Source of the DNA: Gemmatimonadota bacterium
Lineage (GTDB): Bacteria > Gemmatimonadota > Gemmatimonadetes > Gemmatimonadales > GWC2-71-9
Reading direction: 5' to 3'
NCBI GenBank assembly: GCA_039591655.1
Contig: JBDHDE010000004.1
Coordinates: 1,056-65,055, forward strand
DNA: 64,000 nucleotides
Below are positions 16,569 through 25,570 of the stretch, piece by piece. The number at the start of each line of letters is the position of its first letter. The stretch's first letter is position 1. Under the pieces are notes generated by a model. That model worked only from the letters and a program-made list of their open reading frames with translations. It searched no databases and was not told the origin of the DNA. The position numbers and the translations under genes were made by a program.

Positions 16569-19325
16569 ATGTCGGACCAGAAGAAGACCAAGGCTCAGCT
16601 CATCGAGGAGCTCACGGTACTGCGGCGGCAGCTCGCGGAGTACCAGCGCGTCGAGGCAGCTCACGAGGCGACCGAGGACGCGCTGCGCACCGAGAAGGCC
16701 TTGCTCGACGAGCTATTCCAGCACGCCCCCGAGGCCGTGGTCCTGGTCAACAACGAGAGCTTCATTCTACGGGCCAACCAGTTCTTCACGACGGTGTTCG
16801 GTTACACCGAGGAGGAGGTCGTCGGCAAGAACATCGACGTGCTGCTGGCGCCGGATCACCTGACCGATGAGGCCAAGGGCTATACCGGGCAGGTCGCCCG
16901 GGGGGAGCGGCTCTACGCCGAGACCGTGCGCCAGCACAAGGACGGCACGCTGGTGGACGTCTCGATTCTGGGCGTCCCGATCCGGGTGGCGGGGGGACAG
17001 GTGGCCGTCTACGGGATCTACCGCGACATCACCGAGCGCAAGCGGTCCGAGCGCGCGATCAAAGAGAGTGAGGAGCGCTACCGTAAGCTGTTCGAGAACG
17101 CTCCCATCGGGCTCGGCGTGGCCGACGTCGAGGGGAATCTCGTGGAGTTCAACGAGAGCATCCTGAGGCCGGGTGGATACACGCGTGAGGAGATCCTGGA
17201 GATCGGCAACGTCGCGAAGCTTTACGCGGATCCCGAGGAGCGGGAGCGGGTGCTTGCCAAGGCCCGGCGCCAGGGCTTCCTGCGGCAGGAGGAGGTGCGG
17301 TTCAAGCGCCGGGACGGCAGCGTCTACAACGCGCGGCTCTCCCTCACGCCCATCACTGTCAACGGTGGCGCCGGCTGGCAGGCGATGGTGGAGGACATCA
17401 CCGAGCGCAAGCGGGCCGAGGAGATTCTGATCCGGGAGAAGAACTTCTCGGACATGTCCATCGACAGCCTGCCTGGCATCTTCTACCTGGTGGACGAGAC
17501 CGGCAAGTTCATTCGCTGGAACAGGAACCTGTCGCACGTGTCCGGATACTCGGATGCGGAGATCAGCCGGATGCATCCGCTCGACTTCTTCACCGGCGAG
17601 CAGCGGGAACGGATGGGGCGCGGCATGCAGGACGTCCTGGCCAGAGGCAGGGCCACTGTCGAGATGGACCTGGTCGCCAAGGACGGGAGAAGGATCCCCT
17701 ACTTCTTCACTGCACATCGCGTGCAGCTGGACGAGCGGCAGTGCCTCATCGGAACCGGCATCAACATCGCCGAGCGGCGCCGGGTGGAAGACGAGCTCCG
17801 CCGCTCCGAGGCCAAGTACCGCACTCTCGTGGAGCATGCCACCTACGGCATTTACCAGGCGAGCCTGGACGGGTGCTTCCGCTCGGGCAACCCGGCGCTG
17901 GTGGAGATGTTGGGCTACGAGTCGGAGGCGGAGTTGCTGGAACCCGGCACATGCGATGACGTGTACGCGGACGAACAGCAGCGGGTGGAGCTCGTGGAGC
18001 TGTTTGCCGGCGGAGAGCGCATCGAGGGTGTCGAGATGGAGTGGAACCCCAAGCACGGCCGACAGATCACGGTGCGTCTTAGCGGCCGACCGCTGCGCAC
18101 CGCGGGCGGTGAGCTCGAGGCATATCAGATGATCGCCGAGGATGTGACGGAGCGTCGCATACTCGAGGCCCAGCTGCGGCAGGCCCAGAAGATGGAGGCC
18201 ATCGGTCAGCTCACCGGCGGCATCGCCCACGACTTCAACAACGTCCTCACGGTGATCCTGGCCAACGCCGACCTGATCGCCAGCGGGCTGCCACGGGAGT
18301 TGGCGCAGGTGCGTGCCGACGTGGAGGACATTCAGACGGCGGCCCGGCGCGGCAGCTCCCTTATCAAGAAGCTCCTCGGGTTCAGCCGACGCGAGCGCCT
18401 GGAAGTGCACCCCACGGATCTCACGCAGCTCATTGGCGAGCTGTCAGGGGTGCTGCGTCGGGTGGTGCCCGAGAGCATCGAGGTACAGGTCATCGGGAAC
18501 GAGCCGGGCGCAACGGTACTTGCTGATCCCAGCGCCGTGGAGCAGATCGTGCTCAACCTGGCGACCAACTCCCGGGATGCCATGCCGGAGGGCGGCATCC
18601 TGCGGATTGAGGTGACACGGACCTGGCTGGACGAAGGGTATCGGGCGACACACCCGTGGGTGGATCCCGGCGAGTACATCTGCGTTACCTGCTCCGACAC
18701 GGGCACAGGGATGGAGCGGGAGACGCTGGAGCGGGTGTTCGAGCCGTTCTTCACCACGAAGCCGCCAGGTGAGGGCACCGGTCTCGGGATGGCGATGATC
18801 TACGGCCTCGTGAAACAGCACGGGGGCTACGTCCACGTCTACTCCGAGATGGGTGAGGGCTCGACCGTCAACGTCTACTTCCCGGCGGCAACTGGGGAGG
18901 TCGGTGCGGCCAGGCTGGGGCCCCGGCTCGAAGAGCTACGGGGCAGCGGCGAGACAATCCTGGTCGTGGAGGACGAGGATGGGATCCGGCGGGCCACCAA
19001 GCGGGCGCTGGAGGGGCGGGGTTACCAGGTGTTAGCGGCGGAGGACGGTGAGAAGGCGCTGGACGTCTTCCACCGGCACGAGGCGGACATCGATCTCATC
19101 ATTTCGGATCTCGTCATGCCGCGGCTCGGCGGCAGGCAGTTCTACGAGGCCCTCCGGCAGGAGGGCAAGCGCCCCAGAATCATGTTCACGAGTGGGTACT
19201 CGTTGGACGACGTGAAGGCCGGCTCCGGCTTCCTGTCGGATGTGCCGTTCCTCCACAAGCCGTGGACCCTGACGGACCTGTTCGTGCGCGTCCGCCAGGT
19301 CCTCGGGCGGGAGCGCGGCGCCTAG
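16569..19325 (+). CDS. Multi-PAS hybrid sensor histidine kinase / response regulator
   Basis: About 918 aa from MSDQKK (the track ORF starts at GTG 16557). At least four PAS modules. H-box 'IAHDFNNVLTVI'. HATPase boxes 'NLATNSRDAM', 'DTGTGM', 'GTGLGMAMIYG'. C-terminal receiver 'ILVVEDEDG...IISDLVMP...HKPW'. Confidence 0.9.
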   Translation: MSDQKKTKAQLIEELTVLRRQLAEYQRVEAAHEATEDALRTEKALLDELFQHAPEAVVLVNNESFILRANQFFTTVFGYTEEEVVGKNIDVLLAPDHLTDEAKGYTGQVARGERLYAETVRQHKDGTLVDVSILGVPIRVAGGQVAVYGIYRDITERKRSERAIKESEERYRKLFENAPIGLGVADVEGNLVEFNESILRPGGYTREEILEIGNVAKLYADPEERERVLAKARRQGFLRQEEVRFKRRDGSVYNARLSLTPITVNGGAGWQAMVEDITERKRAEEILIREKNFSDMSIDSLPGIFYLVDETGKFIRWNRNLSHVSGYSDAEISRMHPLDFFTGEQRERMGRGMQDVLARGRATVEMDLVAKDGRRIPYFFTAHRVQLDERQCLIGTGINIAERRRVEDELRRSEAKYRTLVEHATYGIYQASLDGCFRSGNPALVEMLGYESEAELLEPGTCDDVYADEQQRVELVELFAGGERIEGVEMEWNPKHGRQITVRLSGRPLRTAGGELEAYQMIAEDVTERRILEAQLRQAQKMEAIGQLTGGIAHDFNNVLTVILANADLIASGLPRELAQVRADVEDIQTAARRGSSLIKKLLGFSRRERLEVHPTDLTQLIGELSGVLRRVVPESIEVQVIGNEPGATVLADPSAVEQIVLNLATNSRDAMPEGGILRIEVTRTWLDEGYRATHPWVDPGEYICVTCSDTGTGMERETLERVFEPFFTTKPPGEGTGLGMAMIYGLVKQHGGYVHVYSEMGEGSTVNVYFPAATGEVGAARLGPRLEELRGSGETILVVEDEDGIRRATKRALEGRGYQVLAAEDGEKALDVFHRHEADIDLIISDLVMPRLGGRQFYEALRQEGKRPRIMFTSGYSLDDVKAGSGFLSDVPFLHKPWTLTDLFVRVRQVLGRERGA

Positions 19326-19343
19326 CCGGCTGTTGCCTTTCGG

Positions 19344-21302
19344 TCAGCTACCTCCCGCCTCGCTCAGGACGATCTCGTTGAACGTCGCCGGATTTGCGGC
19401 GTAGCTCCGCCGCGACAAGGCGTAGATTGTACGACTTCCGTTAACCGTCACGGCAACGGTGAAGTTCATGCGCAGCGCGTTGCCGGCGGCGAGAGGGATG
19501 GCGATCTCCGCCTGGTAGCCGTCCGCCATCCGGCGGGCCGCGTAGCGAAGCCCCTGTGCCACTTCGGAAAGCGGACCCACGGGATCCCGCCCGAAAGTCG
19601 AGATCTGGAACTCGGAGAACGTGAGCCGCCGGTTGTCGCCGAGCCACTTTGCGACGAAGGCCCCGGGGTCCAGTGACCGGGCGAGTACGGTGGCCTCGCC
19701 GCTCTCGGCTGGTGGAGCGAACAGGAGGATCAGGTCGTTGCGGTCGAGCTCTGTCCGCCCGCTCGCAGTATCGCTCTGCACCACCAGTGCGAAGTGGTCG
19801 CCCTCGCCGATGCGATTCCCGGATTCCACCTGCGGCGGATCTCCCCGCACCTCGAGGGCCATGTAGAGGTGGCCACCGTCGTGGCCCAGTGCGACTTGAG
19901 GCAAGGTGCCCTGCGCCGATCCGGGTCTGATGAACAGCTGCCAGTCTGCCTGGGCCCACTCCTGCGGGTCGCCGTCCACGGTGACGGATGCCGGCGCGCG
20001 CCCGACGGTGATCCGGTCCAATTCGGCGCGGTAAGCGATCTCTCGAACCGTGCGCACGTAAGCCGCGCTACGTGTGACGCTGCCAATTCGGCGAGAGGTG
20101 CGCTCTACAATGGGCCTCAGTTCTTCGATCAGTGCCCGCAGTTCGGCGTTCCCCGCAGCGGCGGAGTCGAGCAGTGTGAGGGAACGCTCCAACTGGAGTG
20201 ACGCCGCTATCGGGGACGAGAGGGTGAACTCATTGTTCGGTATGAACAGACGCTCGAACACGTTGTTGTGCCAAGCGTAATCACCGTACGCCCGCAAGAA
20301 CGTCTCCAGTAGCGGCAGGACATCGGGGCCGTACAACTGCTCCACGGCGCGAGCCCTCGCGCTATCGGGATCGTAGCCCTGCGGATCCCGGACGTACTCG
20401 GCCAGCGTGGCTAGGGGGAGCATCGAGGCGTGGGCCTGGTTCATGGGATTCGCCACGATGCCTGCCACGGCCGATCCAAGGTCGGGCGCGCGGTAGCGCA
20501 CGGGCCCCAGGAAGAGCCGCCAGCGGGCGAAGTCGTTCACGGGGTAGTTGTCCCACACGAGCGGCTTGCGCGAGATCAGCTCGCCCCATTCCCGGGCCTG
20601 CTCGGCCGTGATCTCTGGGGCGGCCACGTCGATCCCGGTCCAGAAGAACGGCACATCTTCGTGTACGCCTTCCCCGAGTTGCCTGAGGTACTCCCTGTCC
20701 CCCCAGGCATTGGTGTAGGTCGTGGGCGTGACGGTCAGGGTGCCGCCCCGGCCGGCCAGGTCCTCGTGTAGGTGATTGATCAGCTGTACGTGTGCTTCGG
20801 CAAGACTGGTGAACGCCTGCTTGTCGGCCTCGTGCTGCAGGTTCGGTGGGACGTCGTCCAGGAACAGCGCGAAGTGCCGGACCCCGAGGGCCCACACCGT
20901 GTTGAGCTTCCCCGCCAGGAGCTGGAAGTCCCCGGAGTCGGCGTACACCATGCTCCCACCGGGGCTGATAGCGTAGACGAAAGTGACGCCGCTTGAATCG
21001 GCAGTCCGCACTGCCTGCTCCAGCAGAGTGAACTCCATCGGGGAATAGGGCTCCCGCCACCGCTGCCGGTGGTACGGATCGTCCTTCGGCGCGTAGTAGT
21101 AGGTGGTGAGGCCGACCCGGCCCATGAACCGCAGCACGTCCAGCCGATCCTGGTGCGACCACGGAGAGCCGTAGAAGCCCTCGACGACGCCGGTCTGGCC
21201 GAAGGCCCCACTCTGGGTCTGGCTCTCACCGCAACCGGCGAGCAGAGACAGCAACACGCAACTCGAGACGAGCCGCCGGGCGACTGGAAGCGCTGTAATC
21301 AT
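19344..21302 (-). CDS. GH84 beta-N-acetylglucosaminidase (O-GlcNAcase-like) lipoprotein with C-terminal carbohydrate-binding-like domain
   Basis: 652 aa. Lipobox 'LLAGC'. 'VVEGFYGSPWSHQDR', 'YYYAPKDDPYHR', catalytic Asp pair in 'ALFLDDVPP'. C-terminal about 200 aa beta-rich domain. Confidence 0.85.
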   Translation of the reverse strand: MITALPVARRLVSSCVLLSLLAGCGESQTQSGAFGQTGVVEGFYGSPWSHQDRLDVLRFMGRVGLTTYYYAPKDDPYHRQRWREPYSPMEFTLLEQAVRTADSSGVTFVYAISPGGSMVYADSGDFQLLAGKLNTVWALGVRHFALFLDDVPPNLQHEADKQAFTSLAEAHVQLINHLHEDLAGRGGTLTVTPTTYTNAWGDREYLRQLGEGVHEDVPFFWTGIDVAAPEITAEQAREWGELISRKPLVWDNYPVNDFARWRLFLGPVRYRAPDLGSAVAGIVANPMNQAHASMLPLATLAEYVRDPQGYDPDSARARAVEQLYGPDVLPLLETFLRAYGDYAWHNNVFERLFIPNNEFTLSSPIAASLQLERSLTLLDSAAAGNAELRALIEELRPIVERTSRRIGSVTRSAAYVRTVREIAYRAELDRITVGRAPASVTVDGDPQEWAQADWQLFIRPGSAQGTLPQVALGHDGGHLYMALEVRGDPPQVESGNRIGEGDHFALVVQSDTASGRTELDRNDLILLFAPPAESGEATVLARSLDPGAFVAKWLGDNRRLTFSEFQISTFGRDPVGPLSEVAQGLRYAARRMADGYQAEIAIPLAAGNALRMNFTVAVTVNGSRTIYALSRRSYAANPATFNEIVLSEAGGS

Positions 21303-21417
21303 GGCACTAGGGGGTAGACGGTGGGATGGTTATAGCCATGACCCTATGATACCCGGTAACGGCTGGGTGCGCTAAATTCTCGTGCACGTCTAACTGATCT
21401 CGAACCGGAGAAGGCAC

Positions 21418-22578
21418 GTGGGTCAACCGTCATCCCGTCCTGCCGCCCCGCGCTCGGACCCACCGGAGCGCCTGCTCATGGGCCCGGGGCCGTCCAACCC
21501 GGACCCGCGCGTACTCGAGGCGATGGCACGCCGCATGGTGGGGCATCTCGATCCGTACTTTCTGGAGGTGATGGACGAGACGATGGCCATGCTCCGGGCC
21601 GTGTACCGGACGGAGAATCACCACACCATTCCCATGTCGGGCACCGGGACCTCCGGGCTCGAGACCATCATGCTGAACCTGCTCGAGTCGGGTGACGAGG
21701 CGGTGATCGGCGTGATCGGCTACTTCGGCCAGCGACTTCAGGAGATGGCGGAGCGCGCCGGTGCTACGGTGCGGGTTATCGAGTCACCCTTCGGGGAGAT
21801 CATTGCGCCCGAGCGGTTCGAGCAGGAGCTGAAGCAGAGACCTGCCAAGCTGGTGGCGCTGGTGCATGCGGAGACCTCCACCGGTGCCGCGCAGCCAGTG
21901 CCGGAGGTCGCTGAGATCGCGCGCCGCCACGGTGCCCTGATCGCCATCGACTGCGTGACATCCCTGGCCGGGATGCCGGTGGAGGTCGATGCCTGGGGCA
22001 TCGACGCGGCGGGCTCCTGCAGCCAGAAGTGCATCGGGGCGCCGCCGGGGCTCGGACCGGTGACGTTTGGACCCCGTGCCATGGATGTGGTCCGCAGTCG
22101 CAAGACCAAGCCGTCCACCTGGTACCTCGACCTCAGCCTGCTGTTTGCGTACTGGGGGGAGCGGGGCGGGGAGCGGCAGCGAGCGTTCCATCACACAGCG
22201 CCCGTCTCCAGCATCTACGCCTTCCACGAGGCGCTGCGGCTCATCCTGGAAGAGGGACTCGAGGTCCGCTGGGAGCGCCACTGTAAGGCGCATGACCTGC
22301 TCGTGCGGGGGCTCGACAAGATCGGGCTTTCCCTGTTCACCCCGGCGTCGCACCGCCTGCCGATGCTGAACGTCGTCAACATCCCCGATGGAGTGGACGA
22401 CGCCGCGGTGCGGGCGGCGCTGCTCGAGCGCGGCATCGAGATCTCCGGTGGGTTCGGGCCGCTCAAGGGGAAGACCTGGCGCGTGGGGTTGATGGGGGTG
22501 AACGCCGACTCGGGAAGGATCGAGCGGCTCCTCGGTGCGCTGGAGGAAGTGTTGAGGGGGCTGGGGTGGAGTGGGTAG
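21418..22578 (+). CDS. Class V aminotransferase (alanine-glyoxylate / serine-pyruvate type)
   Basis: 386 aa, GTG start with GGAGAAGG upstream. 'LLMGPGPSNPDPRVLEAM' and the PLP-lysine region 'GSCSQKCIGAPPG'. Confidence 0.9.
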   Translation: MGQPSSRPAAPRSDPPERLLMGPGPSNPDPRVLEAMARRMVGHLDPYFLEVMDETMAMLRAVYRTENHHTIPMSGTGTSGLETIMLNLLESGDEAVIGVIGYFGQRLQEMAERAGATVRVIESPFGEIIAPERFEQELKQRPAKLVALVHAETSTGAAQPVPEVAEIARRHGALIAIDCVTSLAGMPVEVDAWGIDAAGSCSQKCIGAPPGLGPVTFGPRAMDVVRSRKTKPSTWYLDLSLLFAYWGERGGERQRAFHHTAPVSSIYAFHEALRLILEEGLEVRWERHCKAHDLLVRGLDKIGLSLFTPASHRLPMLNVVNIPDGVDDAAVRAALLERGIEISGGFGPLKGKTWRVGLMGVNADSGRIERLLGALEEVLRGLGWSG

Positions 22579-22604
22579 TGGGCGCTCGTGTCATGGACAA
22601 CGGG

Positions 22605-22643
22605 CGCAACGCCGGCGGGGAGAGATCCCGGCCGGCGCTTGCG
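22605..22643 (+). terminator. Putative intrinsic terminator after the aminotransferase gene
   Basis: Hand-folded 12-bp stem (CGCAACGCCGGC / GCCGGCG.TTGCG, one bulge) followed by TTCTC. Starts 27 nt after the stop. Confidence 0.45.
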
Positions 22644-22735
22644 TTCTCGGCCTGCTGTCTGGCCACGTGCCTGACCCGAGCGCCATATTGGCGGCAGGCG
22701 CCCATGCGGCGCCTAGGTAGTGTCCTGGCCGACCG

Positions 22736-23206
22736 ATGCTTCCCTCATCTCCTGAGGCGCTGAGACGCATGCGACGAGACCCAACGAGTCCTCCCATTCT
22801 GCTGCACCTGGAGGGGGCGGCCATGCTCGCCGTGGCGCTCCTGCTGTACCGCGAGCTCGGCCAGAGCTGGTGGGTGTTCGTGCTGCTGTTTCTGGCACCA
22901 GACCTATCGCTGTTCGGGTATTTCGCGGGGAAGCAGGTCGGTGCGGTTGTGTACAACGTGGTGCACACCTATGTCCTGCCGGCAGGGCTCTTCGTGCTGG
23001 GGTTCGCCGCGGAGGGCGGTCTCGTGATGGGGCTCGCCCTGATCTGGGCGGCGCACATCGGGTTCGACCGGCTGCTGGGGTTCGGGCTCAAGTACCCGGT
23101 GGTATTCAGGCCCACCCACATGCAGCAGGTCAGGGTGGCTCCCGAGCCGGTTGCCCTACCGGCCGACGATCCAGTGCCGGAGTCCTGGGTGGCGCCTGAC
23201 GAGTAG
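22736..23206 (+). CDS. DUF4260-like small membrane protein
   Basis: 'LLHLEGAAMLAVALLLY...WWVFVLLFLAPDLSLFGYFAG...YNVVHTY' matches my memory of DUF4260. Alternative start at ATG 22769. Confidence 0.7.
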   Translation: MLPSSPEALRRMRRDPTSPPILLHLEGAAMLAVALLLYRELGQSWWVFVLLFLAPDLSLFGYFAGKQVGAVVYNVVHTYVLPAGLFVLGFAAEGGLVMGLALIWAAHIGFDRLLGFGLKYPVVFRPTHMQQVRVAPEPVALPADDPVPESWVAPDE

Positions 23207-23285
23207 CGTAGGAGCCTGCCGGAGCCCTGGGACGGAGCCGGCGTCGCGGGCCTTCGGAGCCGGCGTCGTGCGCTGAGGAGAGAGC

Positions 23286-23312
23286 GGGGCGCCGCGCATC
23301 GCGCGACGCCCC
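23286..23312. terminator. Bidirectional GC hairpin between convergent genes
   Basis: GGGGCGCCGCGC-AT(C)-GCGCGACGCCCC, about 12 bp with one mismatch. Sits between the DUF4260 stop (23206) and the M1 peptidase stop (23350). Pyrimidine-rich flank on the minus strand. Confidence 0.45.
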
Positions 23313-23349
23313 CCGTTCGTTCGAGTGGGTGGGAAGCTCTCTGGTACCC

Positions 23350-25323
23350 TCAAGTCCGCTCCCACAGGTTGTTGTCCCGATCCACGTCGGGGAAGTGGCC
23401 CTCGGCGTCGATCTCGACTTTCACCACTGGCGAATCAGTCTGTAGCTCGATCTCGGCCCTGGTGTGTCCCTCGAGCCACCACTCCACCGGAACCTCGCGC
23501 GACAGGACGTCGCCGTTGGCCAGCGTGATCGTGACGCGGGCCGGCATGGGGACGAGCCCGTTGTCCTCGATGTGGACAGTCGTGCGATCGCCGCTGCTGA
23601 CCACGTCGCCCACCGACTGGTCCAACGTCCAGGTCTCGAAGTACCAGCTGCGCCAGAACCACCAGAGGTCCTGCCCGCTCACCGCGTTGAACGTGCTGAA
23701 GAAGTCCCACGGCTTGGGGTGCTTGAAGGACCAATTCCGCAAGTACGTGCGGTATGCCTCGAGGAAGGTCTCCTCGCCCAGCAGGCCGCGCAGCGTGGCG
23801 AGCATGGTCCCGGGCTTGGGGTAGGAGGCCACGCCGAACGCTCCGCCCTGGTACTGGTAGTCAGACCACCGCATGATCTCGCCTTCCTGCCCGGTTCGAG
23901 CGAACGATGCGTAGCCTTCCCGGTCTCCAACGTCCCAGTTTCGGCCAGGGTAGAACTCCTTCATCGCCTGGTTGGTGTTGAACACGGTGGTGCCCTCGTC
24001 CATCCAGGAACGGCGCCGCTCGTCGTTTCCCACGATCATCGGCACCCACATGTGGGCAATCTCGTGCGTGTGCACGCCGTACAGGCCCGTGTCGCTGGCC
24101 TCGTTGTAGTCGCCGATGAGCGTGAGCATCGGGAACTCCATCCCGCCGCCCATGATCCCGCCACCTTCGACCGACGTCATGTGGGGCCAGGGGTAGAACA
24201 CCTGCGTCCAGCGCGAGTGGTAGTCGACGCTGTGCTGCGTGTAGCGCCAGGCGTGCTCCCACTTGGGCGCGCTCTCGCGCCAGAAAGACTGGGCGCGGGC
24301 GTAGTCCATCTCCCCGTCCCCGTCGCGGTCGCCCACGGGAGTACGGGTGGCGTCCCACCGCGACTCCCGCGCGGCCAGGAACGCTACGTCCCGCACGCTG
24401 TCGGCTACGAAGTGCCAAGAGAGGTACCCGGTGGGCGAGGTCAGTGTCGCCGTGCCGGGGCCGAAGTCCTCCGGTGTGAGAACGTGGACCACCGTATCGC
24501 TGCGGTCGGCCCGGGCGATCCGCTCGAGAATGGGCGCGGGGAACACCTCCTCGGCATTCTGCAGCTCGCCCGCGGCCATGATCACCCAACCCTCGGGCGC
24601 TTCCAGCGTCAGGTCGTAGGTGCCGTAGCCCATGTAGAACTCGGCGCGGCCCAGGTACTGGTCTGTGTGCCACCGGATCACGTCGTCGTATACCGCCATC
24701 TGGGGATACCAGTACGCGATGTAGAACAGGTTATCCTCGTTCCACCCCATGCGGCCGCTGGCTCCGCGCTGGGGCACCGTGAAGCCCCACTCGATCTCCA
24801 GCTCGACGGAGTCGCCGGGGCTCACCGGGCTCGGCGGCCGCACCTGCATGACCGTGCCGAAAACCCGGTAGCTTCCGCGCGGCCGGCGCCCCTCCTCCAG
24901 CGTGTCGCCCGCTGCCATCACGCGCTTCAGCTCGATCCCGCCGCTCACCTCCAGGGGAATGTTGCGCAGTGCGCCCTCGGCGTGGGCGTTCTGGATGAGC
25001 TGTAGGAACAGCACCGGAAGCGGATTGGGCGAGTTGTTGTGATACACGATCCGCACCGTCCCGTCGATCCGTCTCTCGTCGGGATCGAGGCGCGCCTGAA
25101 TCGTGTAGTCGGTCCATTGCTGCCAGTAGCTGGGGCCGGGCTCCCCCGTGGGGCTCCGCGTGCCGTTCTCCAGGGCCTGCTGGTAGGGCGCAGAGATCTC
25201 TATAGGGTAGGGGATGGGCCGGCGCTGCTCGTCTGTGGCCGGGTGGCTCTGTGCAGCCGCGCTGCCGGCGGTGCCGATCACGAAGAACAGGCATGGGACT
25301 GCGGCCCACGGGGTGCGGGTCAT
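23350..25323 (-). CDS. M1-family zinc aminopeptidase
   Basis: Start at MTRTPWAAV (ATG 25323) gives a signal peptide. 'GGMEFPM' exopeptidase motif, 'HEIAHMW' HExxH and downstream 'WMDEG' glutamate. Confidence 0.9.
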   Translation of the reverse strand: MTRTPWAAVPCLFFVIGTAGSAAAQSHPATDEQRRPIPYPIEISAPYQQALENGTRSPTGEPGPSYWQQWTDYTIQARLDPDERRIDGTVRIVYHNNSPNPLPVLFLQLIQNAHAEGALRNIPLEVSGGIELKRVMAAGDTLEEGRRPRGSYRVFGTVMQVRPPSPVSPGDSVELEIEWGFTVPQRGASGRMGWNEDNLFYIAYWYPQMAVYDDVIRWHTDQYLGRAEFYMGYGTYDLTLEAPEGWVIMAAGELQNAEEVFPAPILERIARADRSDTVVHVLTPEDFGPGTATLTSPTGYLSWHFVADSVRDVAFLAARESRWDATRTPVGDRDGDGEMDYARAQSFWRESAPKWEHAWRYTQHSVDYHSRWTQVFYPWPHMTSVEGGGIMGGGMEFPMLTLIGDYNEASDTGLYGVHTHEIAHMWVPMIVGNDERRRSWMDEGTTVFNTNQAMKEFYPGRNWDVGDREGYASFARTGQEGEIMRWSDYQYQGGAFGVASYPKPGTMLATLRGLLGEETFLEAYRTYLRNWSFKHPKPWDFFSTFNAVSGQDLWWFWRSWYFETWTLDQSVGDVVSSGDRTTVHIEDNGLVPMPARVTITLANGDVLSREVPVEWWLEGHTRAEIELQTDSPVVKVEIDAEGHFPDVDRDNNLWERT

Positions 25324-25570
25324 GGCGGTCTCTCTCTGGCTAGGGTTCACGGGTCAACGCGTTCACGGCGACGGGCTCCGCCCGGCAGCCCGGATGAGGG
25401 CTGTCACCTTGCTCTTTTCAACGGAGATGCCGGGTGCATGGTTTCAAGCCGGACCGGCTCGGTGCGACCCCGGGCGGCCCGCAGGTAACCCGAATAGATT
25501 GATCGGGTAAGGCTGGCCCGGTGTGGTAGCAGGCCCACCCTGGGTATCTTTCGTGCCGCACGGAGGGGCT

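Noticed and set aside
16767-18410. 547-aa ORF on the minus strand
   Set aside because: It is antisense to the well-supported PAS histidine kinase gene. The composition is dominated by Leu/Arg/Gly/Pro/His runs typical of out-of-frame translation of high-GC coding DNA, and no motifs are present.
21303-21417. Possible tRNA in the 115-nt GH84/aminotransferase intergenic region (TCGAACC at 21400-21406 resembles a reverse-strand T-arm)
   Set aside because: I could not build an acceptor stem, D-arm or anticodon stem on either strand. 'GATCTCGAACC' deviates from the GGTTCGAATCC-type T-loop consensus. This is most likely just a promoter/RBS region.
23464-25005. 513-aa plus-strand ORF
   Set aside because: It is antisense to the M1 peptidase (HEIAHMW...WMDEG), has no recognisable motifs, and has a biased Arg/His/Pro/Val composition.
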